A DNA stretch of 64,000 bases. It comes from Candidatus Moraniibacteriota bacterium (GTDB taxonomy: Bacteria > Patescibacteriota > Minisyncoccia > Moranbacterales > UBA1568). This document shows positions 1-9,456 of this stretch, one piece after another. Every line of letters starts with the position of its first letter. The stretch's first letter is position 1. The translations under genes were made by a program, and so were the position numbers. The stretch covers positions 21,067 to 85,066 of the forward strand of contig CAVZUR010000003.1 of the NCBI GenBank assembly GCA_963778555.1, read 5' to 3'. The notes beneath the pieces are model-generated. The model did not search any database. It was given only the letters and a program-made list of their open reading frames with translations, and was not told the origin of the DNA.

Positions 1-508
1 GTTCCATCACCTCCACCTCAGTATCATGAATCGGCCGGGTTTCATCTTTCATCGCCCCTCGCCGCAGCGTCCCGTGGCCCACCAGCGTCGCGAAATTCAC
101 CGCCGGTCGGCGTTTTTCCACCGCGGAAAGAAATTCCGCCATGGTCAGCCAGTTAAAATTGATTTTACTCACATCGGTCCACTTCTGGATGGAACGAATG
201 ATATCCGGCCGGGCCAGCGGGGCCAGCGACGAGCCAGAATTTCCGCCGACGATCGTCGTCACACCCTGATAAAGAAGGCTCTCGAGTTCCGGGTGACCGA
301 GCAGTTCCCAATACGTATCGGAGTGGTTGTTGACATCAATGAAACCAGGCGCAACATAGTGACCCGTCGCGTCGATGACACGTTCCGCAGCGCCGCTAAC
401 GGTACCGAGCGCGACGATACAATCCTCTTGGATCGCTACGTCGCCCCGAAACATCGGCTCGCCCGAACCGTCAATCAAAGTCCCATTCTTGATGAGGACA
501 TCATACAT
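1..508 (-). CDS. N-acyl-D-amino-acid deacylase (D-aminoacylase)-like amidohydrolase, N-terminal part; runs off the window
   Basis: Not in the ORF track. Manual translation from ATG at 508: MYDVLIKNGTLIDGSGEPMFRGDVAI...VIDATGHYVAPGFIDVNNHSD...QGVTTIVGGNSGSSLAP, the typical amidohydrolase N-terminus. Confidence 0.85.
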   Translation of the reverse strand, partial: MYDVLIKNGTLIDGSGEPMFRGDVAIQEDCIVALGTVSGAAERVIDATGHYVAPGFIDVNNHSDTYWELLGHPELESLLYQGVTTIVGGNSGSSLAPLARPDIIRSIQKWTDVSKINFNWLTMAEFLSAVEKRRPAVNFATLVGHGTLRRGAMKDETRPIHDTEVEVME

Positions 509-520
509 ATCGTCCCGTGC

Positions 521-1526
<1,006 letters not shown>

Positions 1527-1542
1527 ATGTGAAGTGTGTTTA

Positions 1543-2403
1543 TTAGGCTTTCCCCGTCGATCCGAACAGATCCATCTTCGCTTTTACCGCCGAACAGAAA
1601 CTTTCCCTCGCCGGCATGAGGATCTTGCGGATGTCAATCGCTTCATTGGTCGGAAGCGTTTCGCGGAGCGTATTGATAAACGCCGTCTTGGTCGCGGTCT
1701 CGACATTGAAACAGGCGACGCCAAGACTGATGGCGTTCAGCACCTGTTGCCCCTCCCAATCCGAAGCGCCATGGAGAACAATCGGAATCTTGATGCGTTC
1801 CCGGATCGCAGCCAGCCGAGCGAAATCCGGCTCCGGGCGCTCAGGAAACGATCCATGTGCATTGCCGATGCCGACCGCCAACGTATCAATACCTGTGGTC
1901 CGGACATAGGCGTCGGCCTGGGCCGGGTTCGTCATGAATTTGTCCCAATCGATATGCTCCATATCGGATACTTCGCCCTTGTACGGCACATTGCCAAGTT
2001 CGCCCTGGACGGTCGCGCCCTTGGTATGCGCCTCGCGGACGATGGCCGCAGTGGTCGCTTGGTTCTCTTCATAGGGCAAGGTCGAAGCGTCCATCATGAC
2101 GGACTTGAAGCCGATGGCCAGTGCCTCGCGGACTACCGCTGCGTTCCGGCCATGGTCGAGATGGATGGCAAGCGGAATATCGGGGAAATAGAAATCGGCG
2201 ATATTCTTCACCAGTTGATACATGGCATGCCCTCCGCCGTATTGAAACGTTTTTTCCGTCATCTGAACGATAACGGGCGAGTGCTTTTCTGCGGCTGCTT
2301 CCATGATCGCCCACGTTGTCTCGAGATTGACCGTGTTGAACGCGCCCACGGCATAGCCATTCTCTTGCGCTTCAGTCAGGATTTTCTTGGCGGAGATAAG
2401 CAT
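1543..2403 (-). CDS. fba: class II fructose-bisphosphate aldolase
   Basis: YAVGAFN, IHLDHG, SVMMDAS, GNAHG, VLHGAS motifs. Confidence 0.95.
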   Translation of the reverse strand: MLISAKKILTEAQENGYAVGAFNTVNLETTWAIMEAAAEKHSPVIVQMTEKTFQYGGGHAMYQLVKNIADFYFPDIPLAIHLDHGRNAAVVREALAIGFKSVMMDASTLPYEENQATTAAIVREAHTKGATVQGELGNVPYKGEVSDMEHIDWDKFMTNPAQADAYVRTTGIDTLAVGIGNAHGSFPERPEPDFARLAAIRERIKIPIVLHGASDWEGQQVLNAISLGVACFNVETATKTAFINTLRETLPTNEAIDIRKILMPARESFCSAVKAKMDLFGSTGKA

Positions 2404-2413
2404 CGCAATATGT

Positions 2414-3190
2414 TTAAGAGTGAGAGAAATGTACTTCCGCTTCGAGCATCATCTTCACGAGTTCGCGCGGGTACAGACTTTCTCCGCCGACCAGGACACC
2501 AGACATCTCTGCTTCCCAGGAAACCGCTGCGAGGTAAGCCGCCTTCACGGACCCGCCATAAATGACCGCGATACGTTCCGCCAACGCCTTGTCATACAAC
2601 TCAGCGAGAAGTTTGCGGAGATAGACTTTAATCTGGAGAATCTCTCCGGTCGTCGGCAACACGCCGCTCCCGATCGCCCAACGCGGTTCATACGCGATGA
2701 TAACGCGCTCGGCGAGTAACGGAGAAAGGTCAGCAAAGACGATCCTGACCGTTCGCTCGATGACGGACATCGTTTCATCATGCTTCCGTTCTTCTGCAGT
2801 CTCGCCCAAGCAAACGATCGGTACGATTCCTTCCTTTAGCGCAAGCTTCGCCTTTTGTGCCACGCTCTCGTCGGTCTCACCCGCGTATGCGCGACGCTCG
2901 CTGTGGCCGAGGATGACATGACTCGCACCGGCATCGCGAAGCATCAGGGGTGAAATTTCCCCGGTAAAAGCACCCTTCGTCTCGCTAGCCATCGTTTGTG
3001 CTGCCAAAGTGAAACCGGCCGGCAGATGGCTGAAGGAATAAAGATAGATAGATGGCGGCGCAATAATACCCCGGGTATGCAGGAATGACTTACCGGTCGA
3101 TTCGCGACGCAGCTGTGATAAATACTCATTCACCTCCTCGCGCGAAAGAAGGTTCATCTTCAGGTTGCCGATAATCGAGAACGGCGGCAT
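2414..3190 (-). CDS. tpiA: triosephosphate isomerase
   Basis: GNLKMN, GAFTGEIS, ILGHSERR, AYEPRWAIG, YGGSV motifs. Confidence 0.95.
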   Translation of the reverse strand: MPPFSIIGNLKMNLLSREEVNEYLSQLRRESTGKSFLHTRGIIAPPSIYLYSFSHLPAGFTLAAQTMASETKGAFTGEISPLMLRDAGASHVILGHSERRAYAGETDESVAQKAKLALKEGIVPIVCLGETAEERKHDETMSVIERTVRIVFADLSPLLAERVIIAYEPRWAIGSGVLPTTGEILQIKVYLRKLLAELYDKALAERIAVIYGGSVKAAYLAAVSWEAEMSGVLVGGESLYPRELVKMMLEAEVHFSHS

Positions 3191-3193
3191 AGA

Positions 3194-4216
3194 TCAGACG
3201 TTCTCCAATTGCTCCCGCAGGAACGCGGCTGCTTTTTCCGGCTCGATGGACGAAATCTCGATACCGGTCGAGAGTTCGAAACCTGCCCAAGTACCGGTAT
3301 GCGGCGCAATCTCGATATGCCACTGGAAACGTGGGTAATCCTTGCCATCGCACGGCGCGGTGTAGAGGTAGAAATTGTACGCCGGATCGTCCAATCCGCG
3401 ATGGAGAGACTGGAGTGCTTTTTGGAGCGCATCACCAGCAGCAAACTTCTCCTCGTCCGTGATGCGCTCGAAATAAGGATTGGCTCGCTTGCCGACGACC
3501 CAGAGCTCGAATGCTACGCGTGATGCGTACGGCGCGAACACGACGAAATCATCGTTCTCATAAACGAGACGCTTCTTCTTTTCGCGCTCATAGTCAACCA
3601 TCACGCTGTAGACGCGCTGCCGATGGCTCTTGTAGAAACGCTCTGCTCCGGAAAGGATGGATTCGACATACGGCGCGACCACCGGAATCGCCATGAGCTG
3701 AGAATGCGGGTGCGGCACAGACGCGCCGGCTTCCTTGCCGTGATTATGGAAAATCTGGATATAGCTCACGCTCGCTTTATTCATGAGCGCGAGATAACGA
3801 TCCTGATACGCGTCAAGAATCTCAGCAACTTGCCAGGTTTCCATCACTGCGATGGACCGGTTTGCGTCGCGCGTCACGATAACTTCATGGTATCCAACGC
3901 CGGCCATGCCGAAATACGGGCCGTCACTTTGCGATTTGGCACGCCCGGCGCGCGAAACCGCAGGATACTTATTTGGGAAGACGCGTAAGCTCCAATCGCC
4001 ATCCGGACGCAGATACACGAGCACGTCATCCTCTTGACCACTCTCTTTTGGATCTTCGAAGATATCCGGGCCGGCCTTCCCCTCCAGCCGCGGTTGGCCC
4101 GCGAATTCATCCGGCCGCTTGCCTCGAGCCGTAGCAACAATAACCCAATCCCCGGTCACGAGATCCTGCCGGAGTTCCGAGGTGGATTGCTGCTTACTGG
4201 TTTGCTCCTCAGCCAT
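3194..4216 (-). CDS. galT: galactose-1-phosphate uridylyltransferase (GalT/HIT family)
   Basis: ELRQDLVTGDWVIVATARGKRP, VFPNKYP, GASVPHPHSQ, QWHIEI. Confidence 0.9.
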   Translation of the reverse strand: MAEEQTSKQQSTSELRQDLVTGDWVIVATARGKRPDEFAGQPRLEGKAGPDIFEDPKESGQEDDVLVYLRPDGDWSLRVFPNKYPAVSRAGRAKSQSDGPYFGMAGVGYHEVIVTRDANRSIAVMETWQVAEILDAYQDRYLALMNKASVSYIQIFHNHGKEAGASVPHPHSQLMAIPVVAPYVESILSGAERFYKSHRQRVYSVMVDYEREKKKRLVYENDDFVVFAPYASRVAFELWVVGKRANPYFERITDEEKFAAGDALQKALQSLHRGLDDPAYNFYLYTAPCDGKDYPRFQWHIEIAPHTGTWAGFELSTGIEISSIEPEKAAAFLREQLENV

Positions 4217-4246
4217 GAGTGTGTGTTTGTTTCGAGCGTGACTAGC

Positions 4247-5008
4247 CTATACTTCCCGGCGATACTCAGCAATCTTGTACTGGCCTGTCATGAGGCGCCA
4301 TTTCGTCTTGAAGAGATCGATTAGCACCTGGATAAAGCCGTTCGGTCCGGTCAGGCTCACCGTTGATCCCTCCTCATTCATCCAACGCACTGGAATCTGC
4401 TTCACCTTGAAGCCCAGTGCCTCAGCGAGGATGATCAATTCAAAATCGAAGCCGAAACGGTCCACGACCATGCGGCTCGCAATCGCATCCGCCGCTTTGC
4501 CGGAGAGTGCCTTGAAACCACACTGCGTATCCGGATAGCTCCAGAGTCCAAGCACGATGCGGATGAGCCAATTGCCGCCCTCGCCCATGATTTCGCGGCG
4601 CCGAGGCTGGTGGACCTGGATGAACGCGCCGTCGATCTTACGAGAACCGATGACAACATCATATCCTTCTTTAAAATGCGGAAGGCAGGCATCGAGATGC
4701 GTAATCGATGTCGAACCGTCGGCATCGAGGAAGGCGCGGTACTCGCCTTTGCCTTCGAGAAGGGCCTGACGAACGACAGCGCCCTTGCCGTGATTTTCAG
4801 CATTGTTGATAACGCGGAGATGCGGAATCGTGAGTGCGTAATTGCCGGCAATCTCGGCCGTATTATCCGGTGATCCGTCGACCAAGACGATGATCTCGTA
4901 AGTGAACGATTTGCTCTTCAGATAACGGTCAATCTCGAGCAGGTTGTGCCCAATCCGCTCCCCTTCTTTATATGCAGGAATCAAGACCGACAGATACGGG
5001 GTCTCCAT
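4247..5008 (-). CDS. GT2 glycosyltransferase (dolichyl-phosphate glucosyltransferase-like)
   Basis: LSVLIPAYKE, VDGSPD, NHGKG, DADGS, DTQCGFK, FGFDFE. Confidence 0.9.
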   Translation of the reverse strand: METPYLSVLIPAYKEGERIGHNLLEIDRYLKSKSFTYEIIVLVDGSPDNTAEIAGNYALTIPHLRVINNAENHGKGAVVRQALLEGKGEYRAFLDADGSTSITHLDACLPHFKEGYDVVIGSRKIDGAFIQVHQPRRREIMGEGGNWLIRIVLGLWSYPDTQCGFKALSGKAADAIASRMVVDRFGFDFELIILAEALGFKVKQIPVRWMNEEGSTVSLTGPNGFIQVLIDLFKTKWRLMTGQYKIAEYRREV

Positions 5009-5073
5009 AAAGCAACACTAAAGCTTACTGTTCCATTGTAACATATGAGCGTGCTATTCGAAGTGAGCTTTTT

Positions 5074-5212
5074 TGGTCGGGGCGCCGGGAATCCCCGCCT
5101 GCCGGACGGGCAGAGAACCCGGCCTACTCCGTGGTTTTCTCTCCCGAAAAACAGAGACGTTATTCGGGAAAACCCGTAAAAAGTGAAGCGGTTCACTTTT
5201 TACCCCCATGCA
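5074..5212 (-). pseudogene. fragmented tRNA-Pro remnant (anticodon-loop-like piece plus T-arm/acceptor with CCA) interrupted by hairpin insertions
   Basis: The - strand reads TGCATGGGGGT...GTAGGCCGGGTTC[TCTGCCCGTCCGGCAGGCGGG]GATTCCCGGCGCCCCGACCA. The intact neighbour reads GTGCATGGGGTGCACGTAGGCCGGGTTCGATTCCCGGCAGCCCGA. Confidence 0.7.
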
Positions 5213-5223
5213 TTTGTTTCTTT

Positions 5224-5373
5224 GTCGGAGCGCCGAGAATCGGTCACGCGTATATTTTCTGACGAAAATATCGCTCGACCCCGGCTCGGTATGTTCGCCT
5301 TTCACCGAAACGGCTCAAACTCACATAGACCTCCGCCTTTCGATTCCGGACGAAAGCCAAACTCTTGGCTTTC
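5224..5373 (-). repeat. tRNA-associated structured repeat module, copy 1
   Basis: Blocks GAAAGCCAA-N4-TTGGCTTTC, TCGAAAGGCGGAG, CGAGCCGGGGTCG and TGACCGATTC are shared, in the same order, with 50529-50664. Confidence 0.75.
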
Positions 5374-5396
5374 TCACCATCTTTCACTTCGCTCAG

Positions 5397-5467
5397 TCGG
5401 GCTGCCGGGAATCGAACCCGGCCTACGTGCACCCCATGCACGCGTACTGCCGATATACTACAGCCCG
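5397..5467 (-). tRNA. tRNA-Pro(GGG), CCA not encoded
   Basis: Acceptor CGGGCTG/CAGCCCG, anticodon arm CGTGC-AT GGG GT-GCACG, T arm CCGGG-TTCGATT-CCCGG. Confidence 0.93.
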
Positions 5468-5527
5468 AATATGTTCGCCTGAAACAGACCTGAAGCAGAG
5501 TGAGGATATCAAAATGCGGACAAAATG

Positions 5528-5557
5528 AAAAGGCGCGTCCTTGTGGGAAGCGCCTTC
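5528..5557 (-). terminator. intrinsic terminator after orphan cassette
   Basis: GAAGGCGCTTCC-CACAA-GGACGCGCCTTTT on - strand. Confidence 0.6.
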
Positions 5558-5575
5558 ACTGGTGCCGCATTGCGG

Positions 5576-5776
5576 CTAGTTTGGCTTGGCCTGATCGGCC
5601 GGACTCTTACGCGGCCATTGTGCCGACGGGCGAGTCAGTAGATTGACATTGGTCACGGCCAGATCATCGAGGCCGATGCGTTCATTCACAAGCCGCAAAT
5701 TGGCGGCGAGTGTTTCTTGCGTGAGACACTGTGGCGATAGGCCGCCAAGCTCACCTCCTTCATTGGTCGTCGTCAT
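5576..5776 (-). CDS. small orphan protein (66 aa, MTTTNEGG...)
   Basis: AAGGAG site 7 nt before ATG; followed by a terminator; no recognisable family. Confidence 0.5.
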   Translation of the reverse strand: MTTTNEGGELGGLSPQCLTQETLAANLRLVNERIGLDDLAVTNVNLLTRPSAQWPRKSPADQAKPN

Positions 5777-5829
5777 AACACTTCTCCTTGAGTCAATGGG
5801 AGCAGGCCAGTTGGCCGGAAGGAACACAA

Positions 5830-6174
5830 CTAGAGATGGGAACCGTTGGCAATCCGGATTTGAGCAGGCGAAATGGGTCCGCCGGCTCGGGTGAAAGTTT
5901 CCCGGATATCCTTGGGAGGATGGCACTCATGGAGTGTCTCCACCGCCTTGCAACAAGCCTCGCCGCGAAATGACAGCTTACAGCCGGCCCTGTACCCCGG
6001 CTTCTGGGTATGTGGGCAAATCGTCGCCACGCGCTGCGAGCTTGTGGCTCGCGCCTGGCGCTTGGTTTGGCCAGTTGGCACTGTCACTTCGACTGCCGGA
6101 GCAGACTGAGTGGCAAGACCGCGGTCACTGCCAAGCACCTGGCCGGCGCCATAAAGCGAAAGCATATCTTTCAT
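5830..6174 (-). CDS. orphan protein with Cys/His cluster (114 aa)
   Basis: AGAGGAG before ATG; CPH..C..CC..HECH; no family recognised. Confidence 0.5.
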   Translation of the reverse strand: MKDMLSLYGAGQVLGSDRGLATQSAPAVEVTVPTGQTKRQARATSSQRVATICPHTQKPGYRAGCKLSFRGEACCKAVETLHECHPPKDIRETFTRAGGPISPAQIRIANGSHL

Positions 6175-6191
6175 CTTTCAAACTCCTCTTT

Positions 6192-6338
6192 TCAATTGTT
6201 AACGGACGGGGGAAAAACGATTAGGCCGGGCAGCGCTGAAAAAAACGAAGCCCGAACACGGCCGGGTTGGTGTTTTTGAATTGTTTTTTTGTTTTTACAA
6301 ACCGAGCCCGGCCGAAGTGTTTGAGTACCCGATTCCAT
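6192..6338 (-). promoter_or_regulatory. putative leader ORF/attenuator (MESGTQTLRPG..., 48 aa)
   Basis: GGAGGAGGT directly before ATG, an A-rich tract, CGGCCGGG/CCCGGCCG pairing and a T7 run. Confidence 0.4.
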
Positions 6339-6375
6339 ACCTCCTCCACTTTGGACGACTCCTGTTCGTTTCCAG

Positions 6376-6412
6376 TATGATACAACACTTGACACATAAT
6401 GTCAAGTGTTGT
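6376..6412 (-). promoter_or_regulatory. sigma70-type promoter inside a perfect 13-bp inverted repeat
   Basis: TTGACA-17-TATCAT on - strand; ACAACACTTGACA-N5-TGTCAAGTGTTGT at 6382-6412. Confidence 0.65.
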
Positions 6413-6443
6413 TTAGTAGAGGCTATTTTGAGCCAAAAATGGC

Positions 6444-7049
6444 TTACTCGAGGATACCGTCGAGATTCACATCGTAGAGGATCTGCTCCTGCACGAGACG
6501 GTATTTCAGGATGTCCGACTCCTGGAACCAGATCGGGATTTCACGTGCCGCTTCCTCAGGACTGTCCGAGCAGTGTACCAGGTTCCGGACCGCGCGATTG
6601 TCGATGGACGACAGCGCGTATGAGTCCACGGTTAGATCGCCGCGGATGGTACCGACATCGGACGTCGTCGGTTCGGTTCCACCGACGAGTTTCTTGACGA
6701 TCGCGACCGACTGATTGCCCTCGACGATGAAGGCGAGCACGGGACCGGAGGTGAAGAAATCGACGTTCGCTTGGATGATGTCCTTGCCGTATTCCAGCGC
6801 TTCTTTCTCGATCGGGAGATTCTGCGCTTGGCGATCATCAACGACGCGAGCCCCTTTCTTGAGAAACCAGGCCTCGTCCTTGTTATAGTGCTTCCAGCAC
6901 TGCTCCGCCTTTGGGACGATGAGTCGCATCGCCACGAACTTGAGGCCGGTACTCTCGATGCGACTGATGATGGTCCCCATGAGGGAGCGCTGGATGGCGT
7001 CCGGTTTCAGGATAACGAGCGAAAGCTCTTTCTTGGGATGCGCGGCCAT
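6444..7049 (-). CDS. ndk: nucleoside-diphosphate kinase
   Basis: LVILKPDAIQR, SGPV, GTIRGD, RNLVHCSDS. Confidence 0.95.
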   Translation of the reverse strand: MAAHPKKELSLVILKPDAIQRSLMGTIISRIESTGLKFVAMRLIVPKAEQCWKHYNKDEAWFLKKGARVVDDRQAQNLPIEKEALEYGKDIIQANVDFFTSGPVLAFIVEGNQSVAIVKKLVGGTEPTTSDVGTIRGDLTVDSYALSSIDNRAVRNLVHCSDSPEEAAREIPIWFQESDILKYRLVQEQILYDVNLDGILE

Positions 7050-7122
7050 AAACACGTCGATTAGGAAAAACAATTACGCTGGGACTGTAACACAAAACCG
7101 GTCTGACTGCAAGAGGAAAGGA

Positions 7123-7971
7123 TTATGTTTCCCGTTGGCAGAAGTTTTCCCGACAATGATAGACAATGTCGCCATCCGTATCCGTCCGAAAGACGGCCGC
7201 TCCATGTGCCCGGAGACGCTCCAGGACCGCCGGATGCGGGTGGCCATAGCGATTCTCACCGACTGAGATAATCGCCTCTTTCGGTTGGATCAAATCAAGC
7301 AGCGCACTGCTGGTAGAATACTGCGAGCCGTGATGAGCCGCTTTCAGGACATCAATCGGCTCCAAATCCGGGATAAAGCGTTCCTCATCCGGCAAGTCCC
7401 CGGTCAGGAGGAAACTCATCTCGCCGAAATCGAAACGACTCACGACGCTCCCCTCATTCGTCTCAGGGACATCGGGCGGAAGTGGCGCATGCGGGTAGAG
7501 GACCGATAGTTTCCCTCCGCGCGGCAGCATGATCGTCGTACCGCGCAAGGCCGGGACGGTCCGCGCACCCTCGCGTTCCAGATCACGGTAAAAGAGAAAC
7601 GCCGACTTTGTATCCGTCCGTGCTCCAGTGTCGAGCACAGTCTTCACTCGATAGCGTTCCAAGAGAGCCGAAAGTCCGCCGATATGGTCGGCGTCAGGAT
7701 GCGTTGGGATGAGAGTCTCGATGGTCCGATCATAAAACGGAATATAGTGTCCGAGCCGCGAGAGGAGCAATCGTCCGTCCCGGCCGCCATCGATCACAAT
7801 CTGATTCATCCCCTGACTGATGAGGATGGCATCGCCTTGGCCCACCGAGAGAAAGACCACGCGCGTCTCGCTGGCGCTCTGCCGGATGCCGTACAGCCAC
7901 AGGCCGAAAACGAGCGCGAGCACCGCCATGAGACTCGTCACGACTGTTTTAGTGATCCATCCCCAGTACAT
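7123..7971 (-). CDS. ComEC-type metallo-beta-lactamase-fold nuclease (separate C-terminal module)
   Basis: VGQGDA, THPDADHIGG, LLTGD, HHGS, NRYGHP. Confidence 0.92.
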   Translation of the reverse strand: MYWGWITKTVVTSLMAVLALVFGLWLYGIRQSASETRVVFLSVGQGDAILISQGMNQIVIDGGRDGRLLLSRLGHYIPFYDRTIETLIPTHPDADHIGGLSALLERYRVKTVLDTGARTDTKSAFLFYRDLEREGARTVPALRGTTIMLPRGGKLSVLYPHAPLPPDVPETNEGSVVSRFDFGEMSFLLTGDLPDEERFIPDLEPIDVLKAAHHGSQYSTSSALLDLIQPKEAIISVGENRYGHPHPAVLERLRAHGAAVFRTDTDGDIVYHCRENFCQRET

Positions 7972-9412
7972 AGCGTTTCCGTCGTCGTTCAAGCTGAGAG
8001 ACAGCCAGCCCCAAACCGACATACCAGAGTACGGCAAACAAGGGTTCGCTGTCGAGTCCGGACACGCTCGCCCACGGGAGCCGTGCTGCGCTCTCGGTCA
8101 GCCGGATGATGACGGCCAGCGGCAGCCAGAGGAACGGCAAGACGAGAAAGCCGAGGCCGGGAACGGCCAGCGTAACGAGGATAGCCGCGATACCGATGAA
8201 CATCGCCACCGGAACGAGCGGCAGCACGATGACGTTCGCGACTGGTGCCACGAGCGACAGTGTGCCAAAGGCTGAGACGATGACGGGCAGTGTAAAGAGT
8301 TCGATGATCACGGTCGTGAGAAAGAGGGCCGCGATTTTCCCGTACCACGGTCGGAAAATACCGAATGTCTCGAATGAACGCGCGAAGATGAGTAAGGCCA
8401 AAGTCGCCAGAAAGGACAGTTGGAACCCGACATCAAAGCGGATGAGGAGCGGATTGAAGGCAAGCATGATGGCAGCGGCGATGAGAAGCCCGTTCCAGGA
8501 CGCTGCCGGTCGGCCGACAAAGTACGCGCCAAAAGCCAGCCAGGCCATGAGGGCGGCGCGCAAAGACGCTGCCGAACCGTCGATAACGAGGAGGAACCCC
8601 GCCAGGCCGATGACAGCCAGTCCCACGGCCCATTTCCGCCACAGTCCCAGGATGAGCGAAAGGATGACCAGCCCTTCGGCGACGACGCTCATGTTGTACC
8701 CCGACACTGCGACGATATGCGACAGCCCGGCCCGGGCAAACGCCGCTTTCGTCTCCGGCGCCAGCGTATCGCTTCCGCCGATGAGCAGTCCCGTGAGGAG
8801 TCCCGACTCCGGTTCGGGCAACAGTGCATTCACTCGGTCCCGGAATCCGGATTGGATCCCAAAAAGTGTTTTTCTCAGACTGAAGCCATTGTCCGGCAAG
8901 CTTTCAATCCGACCTCCCCGGTCGCACGCGTAGCCCGTACCACGGCTCGCGAGGAGCATGCGGTAATCGAAGCCGGGCTCGAAGTTCTTTGGCCTCGATA
9001 GCTGGCAGGTAAAATCGAGCCACTCACCCGGCGTGCCGAGAAAATCAATCGGCGCACGATACAGAATATCCCCGCCCGGCCAGTCCGTATCAATCGGTCG
9101 CAGCGTCACCGGCCGATAGAAGACCTTTACCGCGCCACGTTCGATAACCTCAACTGGACCGGCGAATTCGACGGTCTCGGGCAGTGTCTGCCAGTGCTCG
9201 TCTGCCTGCACATACAAAAGCAGCCCGCCCCACAAAGCGAGAAGACTGACGGATCCCAATAGAATGTTCTGACGATCCGGAAAGAGACTGAAACCGATGA
9301 GCGCGGCCACCATGAGCAAGAGTCCGGCTACCACCGCCTCCGCCCCAAGCCAGGCCGACAGCGCCATGCCGCCCATCATTCCCAGCGCTATCCCACTCAC
9401 CCATCGCGACAT
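7949..9412 (-). CDS. comEC: ComEC/Rec2 DNA-uptake channel (membrane domain)
   Basis: AGLSHIVAVSGYN, ASLRAALM, DVGFQLSFLAT; multiple TM segments. Confidence 0.93.
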   Translation of the reverse strand: MSRWVSGIALGMMGGMALSAWLGAEAVVAGLLLMVAALIGFSLFPDRQNILLGSVSLLALWGGLLLYVQADEHWQTLPETVEFAGPVEVIERGAVKVFYRPVTLRPIDTDWPGGDILYRAPIDFLGTPGEWLDFTCQLSRPKNFEPGFDYRMLLASRGTGYACDRGGRIESLPDNGFSLRKTLFGIQSGFRDRVNALLPEPESGLLTGLLIGGSDTLAPETKAAFARAGLSHIVAVSGYNMSVVAEGLVILSLILGLWRKWAVGLAVIGLAGFLLVIDGSAASLRAALMAWLAFGAYFVGRPAASWNGLLIAAAIMLAFNPLLIRFDVGFQLSFLATLALLIFARSFETFGIFRPWYGKIAALFLTTVIIELFTLPVIVSAFGTLSLVAPVANVIVLPLVPVAMFIGIAAILVTLAVPGLGFLVLPFLWLPLAVIIRLTESAARLPWASVSGLDSEPLFAVLWYVGLGLAVSQLERRRKRYVLGMDH

Positions 9413-9456
9413 ATCCCGTCCGCGTCCCCTCCGTCCGCTCACTACGAATCAAAATA

